64,000 bases of DNA from Azolla caroliniana (taxonomy: Eukaryota; Plantae; Polypodiophyta): assembly GCA_043228905.1 (NCBI GenBank), contig JBHGNT010000001.1:11408001-11472000 (forward strand), written 5' to 3'. Of this stretch, positions 10,541 to 23,347 are shown in pieces (within the stretch, counting starts at the first letter, position 1; each line of letters opens with the position of its first letter). Below the pieces are notes generated by a model. That model saw nothing but the letters and a program-made list of their open reading frames with translations, searched no databases and was not told the origin of the DNA. A program made the translations under genes and the position numbers.

Positions 10541-12649
10541 CGGGGTTCAAGAAGTACTAGTAGTAGGACATATGTGTGGGCCATACGGAAGAAACCCAGC
10601 ACCAACTAAGATCAACGCAATACAGAATATGAAAGAAGAATGCAACTATGTATCTGAAGTTCAGATATTCTTGGGTGCATGTGTCTTCTATTGCAGGTGG
10701 ATTCCACATTATGCCCACATATCAGATCCATTGTATCAGCTATTAAGAAAAGGGGAAGCATTTGAGTGGACAAAAGAACACTCAAATGCAATTAAAAGAC
10801 TAAAGCAGAATCTGACTAAAGCTCCTGCTTTGAAACAACCTGACTACACCCAATCGATAATCCTCACAGTTGACTCAAGTCCGATTGGAATCGGGTGGGT
10901 ACTAAGACAACAAGATGAGGAAGGAGAAAGACATCTGATTCGATTTGGTGCGAAGGTACTTAGCGGATGTCAACAAAAGTACGTGCAAGTGAAGAGAGAG
11001 CACTGGGGGATAGTCATCGCTATCAAGACAGATAGGGACTATCTGGTTGGTGTTGAGGTGATTGTGGAGACAGATTGCTTGCCAGTTCTTGGGATTATTG
11101 CAAATTGCAATATTGCAGACCAAGCAATGCTTAGGTGGTGTGACTACATCAAAACCATCAACCCAGATGTTCGACATATATCTGGTGAGAAGAATGCAAT
11201 GGCTGATATGTTATCCAGAGCAAAATATGAAAAAGAGGAAGTAGCAGAATCAGATAGCAACGAAGAAGAACCAGCTTTAGTCATAAATGCAATTAGAGGG
11301 GGTGAGCCACATGAAGAATATGAGTTTAAAGAAGAAGAGTATAACGAAGAGTTCAAGGAAATCGGGAAGTATCTACAAGCACCATGGAAGGAAGGAACTT
11401 GGAGTGGGAGAAACTTCTCAAATTTCCGAAAGAAGCTACACCGAGTTTTTTTGCATCAAGATTACCTTTGGAAGCACCCAAAGTATAAAATGGGAAATCC
11501 ACAACGGGTTATCTGTGACCAAGTGCAGCGGGAGCATATATTAAAGGAATTACATGACATGGAGTGGGCTGGACACTATGGAGTCTAGGCAACATTTAGT
11601 AAAATAAAGGAAAGATATTGGTGGCCAAGATTCTACAATGAAATCAAGAGTTATGTCGAGACATGCCCAACCTATCAAATCTACTCCAAGATTAAGCATA
11701 GAGATGAGTTGCACCCGACCTATTCACCGACTATACATTACAAGTGGAAGGTTGATATAGTGGCAATGCCAATCGGGGCAGGTCAAAAGAAGTTTTTGGT
11801 ACTCGCTAGATAAAACCTTACAAATCAAGTTGAAGGAAGAGCACTAAGATCGAAGACCACATCGGCAGTATGTCAAGTCATATTAGAGGATATAGTATGT
11901 AGATATGGGTGTATAAGAAAGATAGTGGTTGATAGAGGTGAGCTCAATTCTGATGAAGCAAGAGAGTTCTTTGATAGAATTGGAATTCGGTTATCATTGA
12001 CAACATATAATCTTGAGGAAAATGGAAAGATAGAAAGAGGTCATAGCCCGATAGTTAAAGCACTTGCAAAGGCATGTAAAGCTAAAGTAGGTAATTGGCC
12101 AAAGGTCTTGCCATATGCATTGTGGGCTGATAGGACCCCACATAGTTCGGTGACAGGATATATGTCGATAGAGCTCATGATAGGACAAAGGCCGATGATG
12201 CTGATTGAAGAGAAGATTGCTACATGGGCAATGTTACCATGGGAGTCAGAGATAAGTAGAGAAGACTTGCTAGTTGTTCGTATACGACAACTACAATGTC
12301 AAGCAGAAAAGGCTGAGCTAAAAAATTGAAGGAAGCTCGAATAAACTACAAAGCAAGATTTAACAAAGTAAACATATTAAGACCAAGAAATATTCAAGAA
12401 GGAGACTGGGTGTTGGTAATAGATAGTAGCCTCGAGAACCAATACAGTACAATGGTTTGGGCCTTACGCATACAGAAGGTGACTGATAAGGCTACCTACT
12501 ACCTGCACAAGTTGGATGGGATTGAGATCCAAACGCCGATTGCGGGAAAAAGAATAAAGATTTTTAAAAGAAGAGAAGATACCGAACTTAATTTCATAGA
12601 AAATGAGGATGAAGAATTTTTCGAAGAGGATCAAAATGAAGTGGTGTGA
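10541..12649 (+). pseudogene. Disrupted pol (RT end, RNase H, integrase) of Gypsy A
   Basis: ORFs 10572-11588, 11925-12329 and 12326-12649 carry RH and IN motifs and are separated by stops/frameshifts. Confidence 0.88.
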
Positions 12650-12687
12650 ACTTGCCCACAGGTGTGCAAGTTCAGAGGGGGTGGTCG

Positions 12688-12955
12688 TGAAGTTATTGCT
12701 TCACAATGTCAAAACAATGTCAAAAATCTATAGCATGAAAATTTCCTATATGGAGCTTGTGATGAGGAGCATGTGCAAATTTTCGGTTCGTGAATTGGAG
12801 TTCAGGAGCCCAAGATACAAGCTTCGGAAGGATTAATGTTACTCGGGACACAAATGTATTTATGTCAAAAGGGGGATTCAAAATTAAATGAGGGTTATTT
12901 CTATAATTTCTCAAATGTACAACTACAAAATCGAATTTGTAGAATCAATAAATAA

Positions 12956-12987
<32 letters not shown>

Positions 12988-13386
12988 AACCGCCTCAAGA
13001 GGGTGGTAGGGCGGTTGACCACCCTATATAAGCCACGCTCATGGTGGCTAAAGAGGGGGGAAGAAGAAGAGGAAGGAAAAGCGAGTGAAGAAGCTCGCGT
13101 GGGTGTGGGATGCAGAGCTCGCCAAAGCAGATGGTGGCCTGCATAAATCAAGGCAAGAGTTAAAGAAAAGAAGGGAAATACAAGAAAAGGAAGAAGTTGA
13201 AGTTAGTGAAAGTTTAGACAAATAAATAGAAACCAAAGAGATTGAAGTGGTCTATCTCAAATGCTTATACTCAAATAGACTTTGTGAGTTCAAGTCTTGC
13301 CAAGAAACTTTTAGCAAATAAGTATTGTAAGTGGTTGTTTTACAAATAAAGTTCTTTTCGCAAGTAGACTTCTCGGCTTCTTATCA
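12688..13386 (+). repeat. Probable 3' LTR of Gypsy A, preceded by PPT AGAGGGGGTGG (~12674-12684)
   Basis: Purine tract just after the integrase stop, then TG start. TATA-like CTATATAAG ~13025, ends ...TTATCA. The partner LTR is outside the window, so the right boundary is approximate. Confidence 0.55.
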
Positions 13387-13997
13387 TCGCACCATCTGCG
13401 ATTATGCTTTATCACCCCGATCATCCCCGAGTCACAGAACCCCGGCGGTTGCAACACACAAACACAATCTTCTCGACAATGCGACAAGTCTGAGAGATCC
13501 CCGATCGGCGGCTTGGCATCAGACCGTTGTTGTGACCTAATCTACCTCAGATTGGCTCGAAGCCGGAGTTGTATCTTGATCTTGTAATTATATATATGAT
13601 GGGTTGTGCATTTCTTTGTCCCTTTGGGTATCGGGTGTGTTTTTCTCTTTCCGGTTTCTATACATAAGAAAGCTTCTGCATGTCTGTGTCTGTGTCGGTG
13701 TCGGTGTCGATAGTATCTTGTATCCCACGGGTGCACGTATTGTGATGTATGTGCGTGTGTGAGGGTGCATGCAACCACGGTGAACCGGTCCGTAGTCCGC
13801 ATACTTATTATTATGCGTATAAATATTTATACGCAAATATCTATCGGGCCTTCTATACATACAGCGTGCGAAGGGCCAGCGGGTGTGTGTATCGTGTATG
13901 CGTGTGCTCTTCCTCTACGTGTTCCGGTCGTATTCCGGGATGCGCCCGAATCAGTTATCCCTAGGTAGCATTCAGAACCGTTCCGGACGTAATCTCG

Positions 13998-15679
13998 ATG
14001 GCATATCCAGCTCTGGAGAACTCAACCTTCCAGAAACCCATCTCTCCCCGGTTCAAGACCCCGGTGGTCCCGCCCGAATCCGACACGTACGCGCGGATTT
14101 CCGCAACATCTTTGGTGAACCCGAGGTGAAAGAGCCGCTAGGGAGGATGGAGTTGGAAGACGAAGACTTCGTGGAGATGGTGGCCGAAGTGGTGATGGAG
14201 TTCGGACAAGTAACAATGAGACGAGAAGCGAGTGGTCGAAAGAGTTGGTCGTTTCAACGGGGACAAAGTCCCATTCTACTTGGAAGCCTAGAACACGGAA
14301 ATGGAAGTGTGAGGCATAGACAAGGAATTGAGGTTGGAGTTCTTCTGTCGGGTCTTCACCGTCCGTATGCACGCGTAAGTAAAGGAGCCCCGAGAAGTTC
14401 ATAGTTCGTGGGAGGCCTTCGAAGAGGCACTTCTTCCGGCATATGGAGGACAGCCGAAGAGCCGTGGACGACCAGTGGGTTGCATCGGCGAAGACCCACC
14501 GGGGTGTAATGCTTTACTCGGCTCCCAGAGCAGGAACAAAGACTGGTGGGGGTGGACAAAGTCCTATTGTTCGTTAGGTTGATTGACAGAGCTGAAAGGG
14601 AGGCCATCGGAATTGAGCTCGAAAATGACGACGGAGTGAATGGCCTTTCCAAGGACTGGTCGGAAGTCGAACGAGTATGCCGACAGTTGGATGACGAGCG
14701 GTCCGCGAAAGGTAAAGGGAAGATAGTGCGCGACGGCGCGTCTTCACAGCAGGAAGTGGTCACTCAACAAGAAGGATCGGTGAAGCTCGATGTCAAGGCC
14801 CTAGTCCGGGAAGCGTACGAGGCTCTGAAGGCAATGGTCAAGGAAGAGGAGATAACCAGCGCGCGGTCAAATTCCGAGGATCCGAAGATAGTAGGCCTTC
14901 CGAACGAGGCGGACGTGGCCCATGTGGAGGCTGAAGGACGGTATCACGATACCACAGAAAAGGGTGCAGAGCGCGATACGCTCTCAACTTGCGGAGAAAG
15001 ACCGATCAAGAATAAGGTCGGATTCGCGGAGATAGCAATCACGGGTTCGGAAAGAGACCGGTGGTTTTGGGCACCATTGCCCGAAACTCCGGACATTGGA
15101 GAAGCAAGCCTAGGCGGGGCTTGTGCAATCAAAAATGGATGCGGAGAAGAGCCCTCCACACTGATTCCGGAGACTTCGGCAGTCGAGTCCGAGTGCCGAT
15201 GTGAGACCAGAGACACGCTCTCAACTTGCGGAGAAAGACCGATCAAGAATAAGGTCGGATTCGCGGAGATAGCAATCGCGGGTTCGGAAAGAGACCGGTG
15301 GTTTTGGGCACCGTTGCCCGAAACTCCAAACATTGGAGAAGCAAGCCTAGGCGGGGCTTGTGCAATCAAAAATGGATGCGGAGAAGAGCCCTCCACATTG
15401 ATTCCAGAGACTTCGGCAGTCAAGTCCGAGTGCCGATGTGAGACCAGAGAGATGGAAGGCGGCAACGAGGAGTCCTGGCACAATGCCAGCGAAGATGGAT
15501 TGGAGATGGCCATGAAGGAGGCCAAGGACGGAGTTGCAGTGGAGCGAAATATAGAAATGAGAGGCGGCGCCGAAGGGAGTGGAGTCAAAAGTCGGCCCGA
15601 CCGGGAGCCGATCCGGTCGGCATTCCGATTCGGATGGGGCACGATCCGGACATGGATCGTTCGTCCAAAACCGGGCTGA
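13998..15679 (+). pseudogene. Degenerate Gypsy-type gag remnant
   Basis: DKVLLFVRLIDRAEREAIGIELENDDGVNGLSKDWSEVERVC resembles gag of Gypsy elements in non-seed plants. GC-rich, frameshifted upstream part. Confidence 0.6.
14975..15448 (+). repeat. In-frame tandem duplication, 2 x 237 bp (79 aa)
   Basis: DTLSTCGERPIKNK...SECRCETR repeated at 14975 and 15212. Confidence 0.95.
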
Positions 15680-16419
15680 AATGCGGTGAACATTACTGAA
15701 GGATGAGGAGGACACCAAATCGGAGGGGACCGACTCGGGTGTCAGGGAAAATGTGTGTTGACCCGGAGAAGTACTCAATGAAGAGTGGAACGAGAAGCGT
15801 GCAATATGGCCGTGTAAGGGCCGAGTAATGAGCATAGAGGGGATCGACGGTGACAGGAAGAAATGGTAGAGGTGGTTGACTGAAGTATGGATCCTCCACA
15901 CTCGTTCCGAAGTCTTAGGTGGTTGCGTTCGAGAACCAACGGAAGACCTAAGAGACAGAAAGTGACGGCGAGGACGCGGAGGTCACGGCCAATGCAAGTG
16001 ACGAAAGCAAAGGACGAAGCGTGGCACAAAACGGTGGTCCTATGGGTCACCTCACACCGGGCTAGAGACTTCGGCGGTTGGAATCGGGAGCCGACATAAG
16101 ACCAAGATACTAACGGTGGCACATGAGAACGGGATCCGGTAATGCAGAGAGAAATTGGACGAGCCTGGATGAGAACTAGGGGAGCGGACTTCCGGATAAC
16201 TGATCCGGAAGGAAGGAGGAAACAGGCCTACAAAGAGGCCGGGAGCACGGTACGGCGGAACCACGGAAGAGGGTGTGGAGCGAGTCACCCTCTCGACATT
16301 CAGAGAAGGATGACCCGTGGCAAGGTCGGGAGAGACGGGAGGCCCACGGAGGATCTTCCACACCAGACTAGAGACTTCAGAAGTCGGCATCGGAAGATGA
16401 CGTCAGACCAAGAGACTAA

Positions 16420-18578
16420 AGGTGGGAACAATTTCAAAGGTCAAAGAAACTATGCTAATTCCTCAACCAATTTAGGAAATGAGCATTTGTTATCTATGAA
16501 GCATGGTAGTGAAGGTCAACCACATGATGAGTGTGGTATATTGATAGTGGTTGTAGTAACCACATGTCAAGTAAAGCGGGGTACTCCAGCAATCTTCAAG
16601 AGTTACCCAAGAAAAGAGGTTTGTGGAGGAGACAACAACGAACATGAGATAAAATAAACGTGAGATGTGAACCTTGATGACAACCACAAAACGTAGAGTT
16701 TATGCGAGGTATTGCATGTTCCTACTATTACGAAGAACTTAATCTCTATTGGACAGATGGTTGAAAGGAGATATCTAAGTGAAGTTCAGCCATAAAGGAG
16801 ATATCTCAGTGAAGTTCTAAAGGAACATGAGATGCATGTTGAGATTGAAAGAAAGGGATTGTTTGGATGAAACATTATTCTTGGATGTCGAATATGAATA
16901 AGATTGGCTAGAAAAAATATATATATTTATCTTTATCTAGAAAGATTGGCTACGGTCAGTTAAGATGGCTACACAATATTCATTGTACTTTTGGATTATC
17001 TTGTATCTTGCCTTTGGCCACTTTAATTTTAATACTAATGGAGGATAGTTTTTTTTTTTTTAAAGTTCAGCCATAAAGGATGCTTTATTGAGGATCTAAG
17101 GAATGGCTATGAGTTGATAGCCAAAGGAAAGAAGGACGGATGTTCACTCTTGACATCGGCAAAGGGCAAAGCAACAAGGCAATGTTCATCAGTTGTGGGG
17201 ACAAAAGGATTGAAAACTTGGATTTGTGGCACAAAATGTCTAGCCACATTAATATTCAAAGATTGAAAGACATGGAGAAGAGAAAATTGGTAATAGTTCT
17301 ACCACCTTTTTTATTACAAATGTTGCATGAGATTTGTGAAGATTGCCAACTAGGAAAGTCTACAAGGAAGCCTTTCAAGAAGTCTAGTGGATATGTGGCA
17401 AATGGTGTGTTCGACCTTGTGCATACAGATGTGTGGGGGCCAACCAAAGAGCCCTCACTTGTAGGTAATAGGTATTTTGTAACCTTCATTGATGACTACT
17501 CAAGGAAAGTCTAGTTGTATTATATAATGGATGTGTTCGATGTGTTCAAAAAGCTCAAGATACATGTTGACAAGAAAACGAGTTGCTACATCAAAGCACT
17601 AAGGTTAGATGGAGCAGGAGACTACTTCTCCAATTCTTTTTGTGATTTATTATATGACCAAGGGATAAAGAGGCAAATCACTTGGTGTTATACTCCCCAA
17701 CAAAATGGGGTGGTTGAGAGGAAGACTAGGTATATTGTCGAAATTGCTAAGAGTATGTTAAATGAAATGAATGTCCCATTAACATATTGGGCAAATGTTG
17801 TATCTACTACAATATACTCGATGAATAGTTGTCCCACATCAGGAGTGCATGGCATGACATTTGAGGAGGCAAGGAGTGGAAGGAAACCAAATCTTTCACA
17901 CAATAGAATATTTGGGTGTGTATGCTACACACATGTGCCACAAGAATTAAGAGGTAAAATGGATGCAAGGGCTAAAAGATGTATGTTTATTGGTTATGTT
18001 ATGGGGCAAAAAGGCTATAGATGTTACAATCCTAATACAAAAGAGTTAAAAGTATCAAGAAATGTAGTATTTGATGAACTCAAACCATGGTATGTCTCTA
18101 AAGTTACCTTTCAAGATGAAGATATTGAAGAGGCTGAGAGGAGGTATTCATCTAGGGTTCAAGGTAGCTTGGAAATTAGTGATCCAAGCATACAAGGAAG
18201 CTCAAGCATGGATGCAGTTCATCATATAGTAAATAAAGAAAAGTCAAGGTTGGTAAAAATTCATAAAAAATGGACCGTGGTGAATTTGAAGATCTCGATG
18301 AACCTATCTTAGAAGAGGGAGCAACATCAAATACCGAAGAATTCAAAACACCAAGACAAAGAAGTTTATTTCATTGTGAGGAGATGAAAGAAGGTCAACG
18401 AGGGTAAGACATCCAATCTCAAGGCTTCTCTATGATAGTTATATTGGTAGGCATTATGCTTTCTTGTCTATGGTTATAAAAGCTATGGAAGAAGAGTACA
18501 AAGACAAAGTCATCCAAGACAACACTTGGAATGTAGTTCCCAGACAAGAAGGGATGAAGGTAATCGGTAACAAGTGGG
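16420..18578 (+). mobile_element. Ty1/Copia internal remnant (protease, pre-integrase, integrase, start of RT)
   Basis: WYIDSGCSNHM ~16535. LVHTDVWGP...FIDDYSR (17140-17514). YTPQQNGVVERK (17515-18312). RT start KAMEEE...VIGNKWV ending at 18578. Left boundary approximate. Confidence 0.85.
16800..17062 (+). other. 263-bp insertion flanked by 18-bp duplication, carrying a PPR-like fragment
   Basis: AAGTTCAGCCATAAAGGA at 16782-16799 and 17063-17080. Internal HEMHVEIERKGL-like coding fragment and a T13 run at the right end. Confidence 0.55.
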
Positions 18579-21180
18579 TGACAAAAGCATTGAATTAGCA
18601 ACAACTACACGTCCTACTAGGGATAACTTTTCCTTATTCCTGTATATTAGCTTATTCCTTAATCTTAACAACAAGGGGGCAATCATATCTTCTACATTTA
18701 ATCCTAACCCCACTCTACATCGTAAATACTTAATGGAGTGCCCTTTAGCAATCCACATGAATCCATTTGGTATATAGCGTCTACATGGTTGTTTTCTAGG
18801 TCAATAATGCTTAAAGTTCAACGGCTAGTGCGGAATTTTATTTGGGGGAATGCTATTGTAGACATACTACAGCAAAGGTAGCTTGGTCGGTTCTTATACA
18901 GCCAAAACAAAAAGGAGGTTTAGGTTTGATTGATCCCTTTCTGCAAAGTAAAGCATTACTTGCTAAACATGTTGTTAGGAGTTTATTGCCAGGAGAGGAG
19001 TTATGGAAAAAGTTCTGGATTTGTCATTTATATAAATTTAAGTCATCGGTTGGTGGTCAATGGCGTGATAGTCTTAGATGGTTCTTTAACTCAAATTTAC
19101 CGTTGCCTAAGTCGATTATTGGGTCTTTACGTTTTTTTAATGGAATTCTACAGGCATGGGAAAGTATTCGTCAAGAACTTGTTTTCTTGCCACCAAAAAC
19201 ATATCATCAATTCATGTGTCAACCATTGTTATGGAATCCTTTATTTACTAATAAAGCTACATGTGTTTTGGGTTTACGGCCTAGCTTATCTTGGGCTGCA
19301 ATGATAGTGGCCCAGCTCGTACGGTTGCGGATTGGGTAAATTTTCTGCAGACTTCGGTGCAAGACCAAAGGAATAGGGTGTCTAATTTCAGAGGGGCAAA
19401 TATTATGCTCTCTCAAGTGTCAACGGTGTATCAAGTAACACTGCCAACTTTGCAATTTGATTATTTTCAGAATTGGTATGGTATGTTTTCGACATTTAAT
19501 ATACTTATAGGAGCTCGATTATATCATCAAAATGCCAGCCTTTATTTTTATGAAGTTCTGGATAATGGTAGGTTGTTTTTAGTGGAGGAGGAGTCTTCAA
19601 TTATGTCTTCTACCAAGCAACTACCAGTGCGAGTAATTGCTAGATTAGATAAAAAGATATTTATAGATCCTAATCCATTAATTGCTAATTACTCATCTCA
19701 AATGTGGGTTTTACACTCTAGGCCAATTGCTGAACTGCAATGGGATCCATCGGATTATGGTTGGAAGTTGTCCAGTTTTGACACTTCGCAAACGAAAGTT
19801 CTTCCATTCTTCACATATTCTGTGGCGTTGGGTAGAAACTTTTTGTTAAATGAGATAGAGTCGATACCTGCGGGGAAAAAATATTGGGGGGAAGGTAATG
19901 TGTCACCTTCATATATGTTGATGTTCTGGAAATAGTTTTGGTCACTTAAATGTATGAACAATGTATTGCATTTTCGATGGTTAATGATTTAATATGCATT
20001 GCTAGTAGGAGCTTTACTGAGGAGAACAATACTTGATCGATCATGTGGTATGTGTGGTTTTGCATTTGAGACATTGCATCATGTTTTTTGGGAATGTGTT
20101 GCAGCCAAATGTTTTTGGTCTCGTATTCTTAGGCTTTTAGGTCATAAGTATAGGTCGGCTATATTCACGTGGGGTATGGTCTTTTGGGGAACGTTGGCTC
20201 AACAAACGGTTTTTCATCATCATCATAATTGATGGGAACAGGTCCCTCTAGATGGGAAGAAAAGAGCCGAGTTGATGAGTAACTCGGCCGAAACCGAAAT
20301 CATGGATACAGCCAACTTGGGAGACTACATTTGTAAATAGTCGAAATGTGCCCCTTGAGGGCTATGTATGTAAATAGCCATAAAGTTGTATAAGTATATA
20401 TATAACTAGGGAAAACCTTAGAAAAGTGACGTATCATTACTGTGAGATAGAGTTAGCGCAGGCTGTTGCATGTGTAACTAAGAGAAAGCAAGAGAGTATG
20501 AGCGTCAGTGAGTGTGTCTCTGCAGTTGTCTGTTGACAAGGAAGAACTTGAGGTTGTTGCCTCCGAGCTTCTTGTTGTACTCCTCTCATCATCATAGTGA
20601 TTCTGTTTTGGAGTTTGTGGATTCCACGTAGTTTTCCCAATTCGGGTTTCCACGTTAAACATTCGATGTCTCACTGTACTTGTTTTTCTTGTCTTCACAT
20701 TTTTCTGTCTGTCTTGTTTTCTGCACCCGAATACAAACGTGTGACCAATTGTGGCTGGTCGATTCCTAACAATAATTCATCATTGAGTTTACATGTAAAA
20801 AGTTTTCGGGTGTACATTACATCAAGCTCCTTGCAGGGAGTCAAGTTCTTCTCTCGGTGTTATGTTTGGAACATTATCTCCTCTTTAGCCTTATGGATTA
20901 TTTGGAAAGCGAGGTGTTCTAAAATATATAATGATGAACAAACTAATGTTGTGGATCAAGTTAAGTCTTTCTGGCAATTATTGGTAAATACGGTTAAAGG
21001 TGAATATGATAGTTATAAGGGTTTTGGAAATGTAGTTAACCGGAAAAGAAGGAGAATTCGAAGAGTCTGGCCAGCTATTCCTATTATGTTGGATGTAGGT
21101 GATGATGTTAGGTAGAACTATTTTCCACCTCGTTGGTTGTTTCCACCACCTGTGCCATTCATATTGCATACAACATGACT
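18579..21180 (+). mobile_element. 5'-truncated L1-type LINE (ORF2 3' part, zf-RVT) with inverted 5' segment 18579-18761
   Basis: KVAWSVLIQPKQKGGLGL, CGMCGFAFETLHHVFWEC, LWIIWKAR. Minus-strand LSLVGRVVVANSMLLS joins plus-strand SIWYIAS at 18762. The 3' boundary is approximate. Confidence 0.85.
20230..20771 (+). mobile_element. Copia solo LTR (542 bp) inserted in the LINE
   Basis: TG...CA, perfect TSD ATAAT (20225-20229/20772-20776), homologous to the LTR at 23348-23890. Confidence 0.92.
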
Positions 21181-21199
21181 TAATAGGAAGCCCACATTA

Positions 21200-22200
21200 A
21201 TTTTTCATTAGGAGAGTAGCCTCATTATGTTTTTTGTAGGTACAAGACTTTGGTGGTATATAACGAGATGGTGATGTGGTCATTGAAGCATTTCTATTTG
21301 GTAAGGATGAGTGTTGGTGTTGTCGAGGGCTGAAGCAGATTTTTATGAGGGGATGAGGACAACACATTCACTCTAATTTTGTTTGTATAGGATTTGTGTG
21401 GTAAACGAACAGACGGTTGATGTGGAAAACGAAGCACATTTTTATTGTTGTAAAGGATGAGTGACGATGGTGTAGGGGGATGAAGCATAACTTCATGAGG
21501 GGATTAGAAGAGTAGTCTCATTCTGTTTTTGTAGGTATAGGTCCTTGGTGGTATACAGTGAGATGGTCGATGGGGTCATTGAAGCAAATTTGGATATTTA
21601 ATTTTTTAAGGATGAGTGAATCATGGACTTTGGCGGTAAACAAACAAACAGTTGATGTGGAAAACGAAGAACATTGTTTATTTTGGTAAAGGATGAGTGA
21701 CGATGTTGTCGAGGGAAGAAGTGGAATTGAGATGGTTGATGTGGTCATTGAAGCAAATTGTCTATTTTTTAAGGATGCGTGAATCATGGTGGTGTTGGGG
21801 GGTTGAAGTAGTTTTTTTATGAGGGGATGAGGATAGCACATTCACTCTATTTTTGTTTGTACAAGACTTTAGTGGCAAACAAACTGATGGTTTATGTGGA
21901 AAACAAAGAACATAATCTATTTTGGTAAAGGATGAGTGACGATGGTGTCGGGGGATGAAGCAGAATTTCATGAGGGAATTAAGAGAGTAGTGTCGTTATG
22001 GTTTTTTGGTATGTACAAGATTTTTCTATGTTATGGCGAGATGGTTGATGTGGACGTTGATAGTAATCGGCGACATGTTGGTTGGGGAAAAGGAAGTATA
22101 TTTTCTTTGTTTGATAAGGATGAGTGATGACGTTGTTGGGGGTTGAAGCATACTTTCATGAGGGGACGAGGACAATAGAATCATTTTCTTTTGTAGGTGA
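21200..22200 (+). repeat. Degenerate tandem array of ~100-300-bp subunits
   Basis: Recurrent GGATGAGTGACGATG, GATGTGGAAAACGAAG, GATGTGGTCATTGAAGCA, CATGAGGG motifs. Confidence 0.75.
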
Positions 22201-22299
22201 TTGTTGTATTCGGCGAAATATATTCCGAATTAATATATCCCGAATTCTGCGGTTCAGAACTTCAACGCAATGCAAGTACACACATGTTGAAGAAAATAG

Positions 22300-23347
22300 T
22301 TGCATGGGCAGCATGGAAAGTTTGGTGTTTACAAATGCAGCAACCAATGATTCCATTGTTTCTATGCTTCTGAAAGCTTGTGCTAAGCTAGGAGATGTGG
22401 AAAATCACCAACAAATACATGCACATATTGATGGAAGTAGGGCATTAGAAAGTAATGCTTTTGTTGGGACTTCTTTTATGGACATGTATTCAAAATGTGG
22501 TATGATAGATCAAGTCAGATATGTATTCGATACGATCTCAATTCGTGATGTGGTATCACGGAATGCATTAATAACATGATATGGTCTTCATGATCGATAT
22601 CAGGAAGCATTGGAATGTTTCGAGCATATGCAATGTCCAAGGGATCATCCCATATGAAGTGAGTTTTGCTTGTAGTTTGAAAGCTTGCAGTAGTATTGGT
22701 GTTGTAGCCATAGCCAAATGTCAAAATTTGCATGCAGAAATTGAAATGAATTTGATGTTGAAAACGAGCCAAAATGTTGGCAATGTAGTAGTTGACATGT
22801 TGGCTCACATGAAAAAGCAAAACAGGGATTTGATCGTCTTCCGGTAAGAGACATAGTATCTTGAAATGCATTAATTTGTGGATGGTTATGGTACAACATG
22901 AGCAATGTGAGGAGGTGCTCATCAAGTCAAAAAGATGCAACTTCAACGAATTTCTGGAGATGAAGTCACATATTCATGCATTTTGAAAGCTTGTGGGTGC
23001 ATTAGATCCGCAAACAAGGGCAAGGAGATAAATTTCGATGCTGAGAGGAAAGGGTTTTTAAGAAAAAGCCAACTTGTTCGAAAAGCACTAGTAGATATGT
23101 ATTCGAAATGTGGAATGCTAACAAAAGCAAAGGCAGTGTTTGACAAACTTCCCATATGTGATACATTGACATGGAAGACATTGTTCACATGTTATGTGCA
23201 CTATGAGCATGACGAGGAGGCCCTTAATGCTTTTGAGCAAATGCAAAAGAAGACAATCTCTCCTAATTCTCTCACATTTGCATGTACTCTAAAAGCTTGT
23301 GCTAGCATTGGAGCAATAGAAAAGGGCAAAGAAATGCATATAAAGAT
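22300..23347 (+). pseudogene. PLS-class pentatricopeptide repeat (PPR) pseudogene, truncated by a Copia insertion
   Basis: LKACAKLGD...MDMYSKCG, VTYSCILKACG, ALVDMYSKCGMLTKAKAVFDKL, LTFACTLKACAS. Frameshifts and stops. Ends at the LTR TG at 23348. Confidence 0.88.

Larger units (their letters stand above)
1..13386 (+). mobile_element. Ty3/Gypsy LTR retrotransposon A (3' part only: RT-RNaseH-integrase-PPT-3'LTR), interrupted by element B at 217-10535
   Basis: RT motif FVDDIPIKG at 5-216 continues in frame after the insertion (PKSIF|GVQEVLVVGHMCGPYG at 10541). RNase H (LTVDSSPIGIG...NAMADMLSR) in ORF 10572-11588. Integrase core (VDRGEL...ENGKIERG) 11925-12329 and GPY-like tail to 12649. Stops and frameshifts present. 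Confidence 0.9.
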
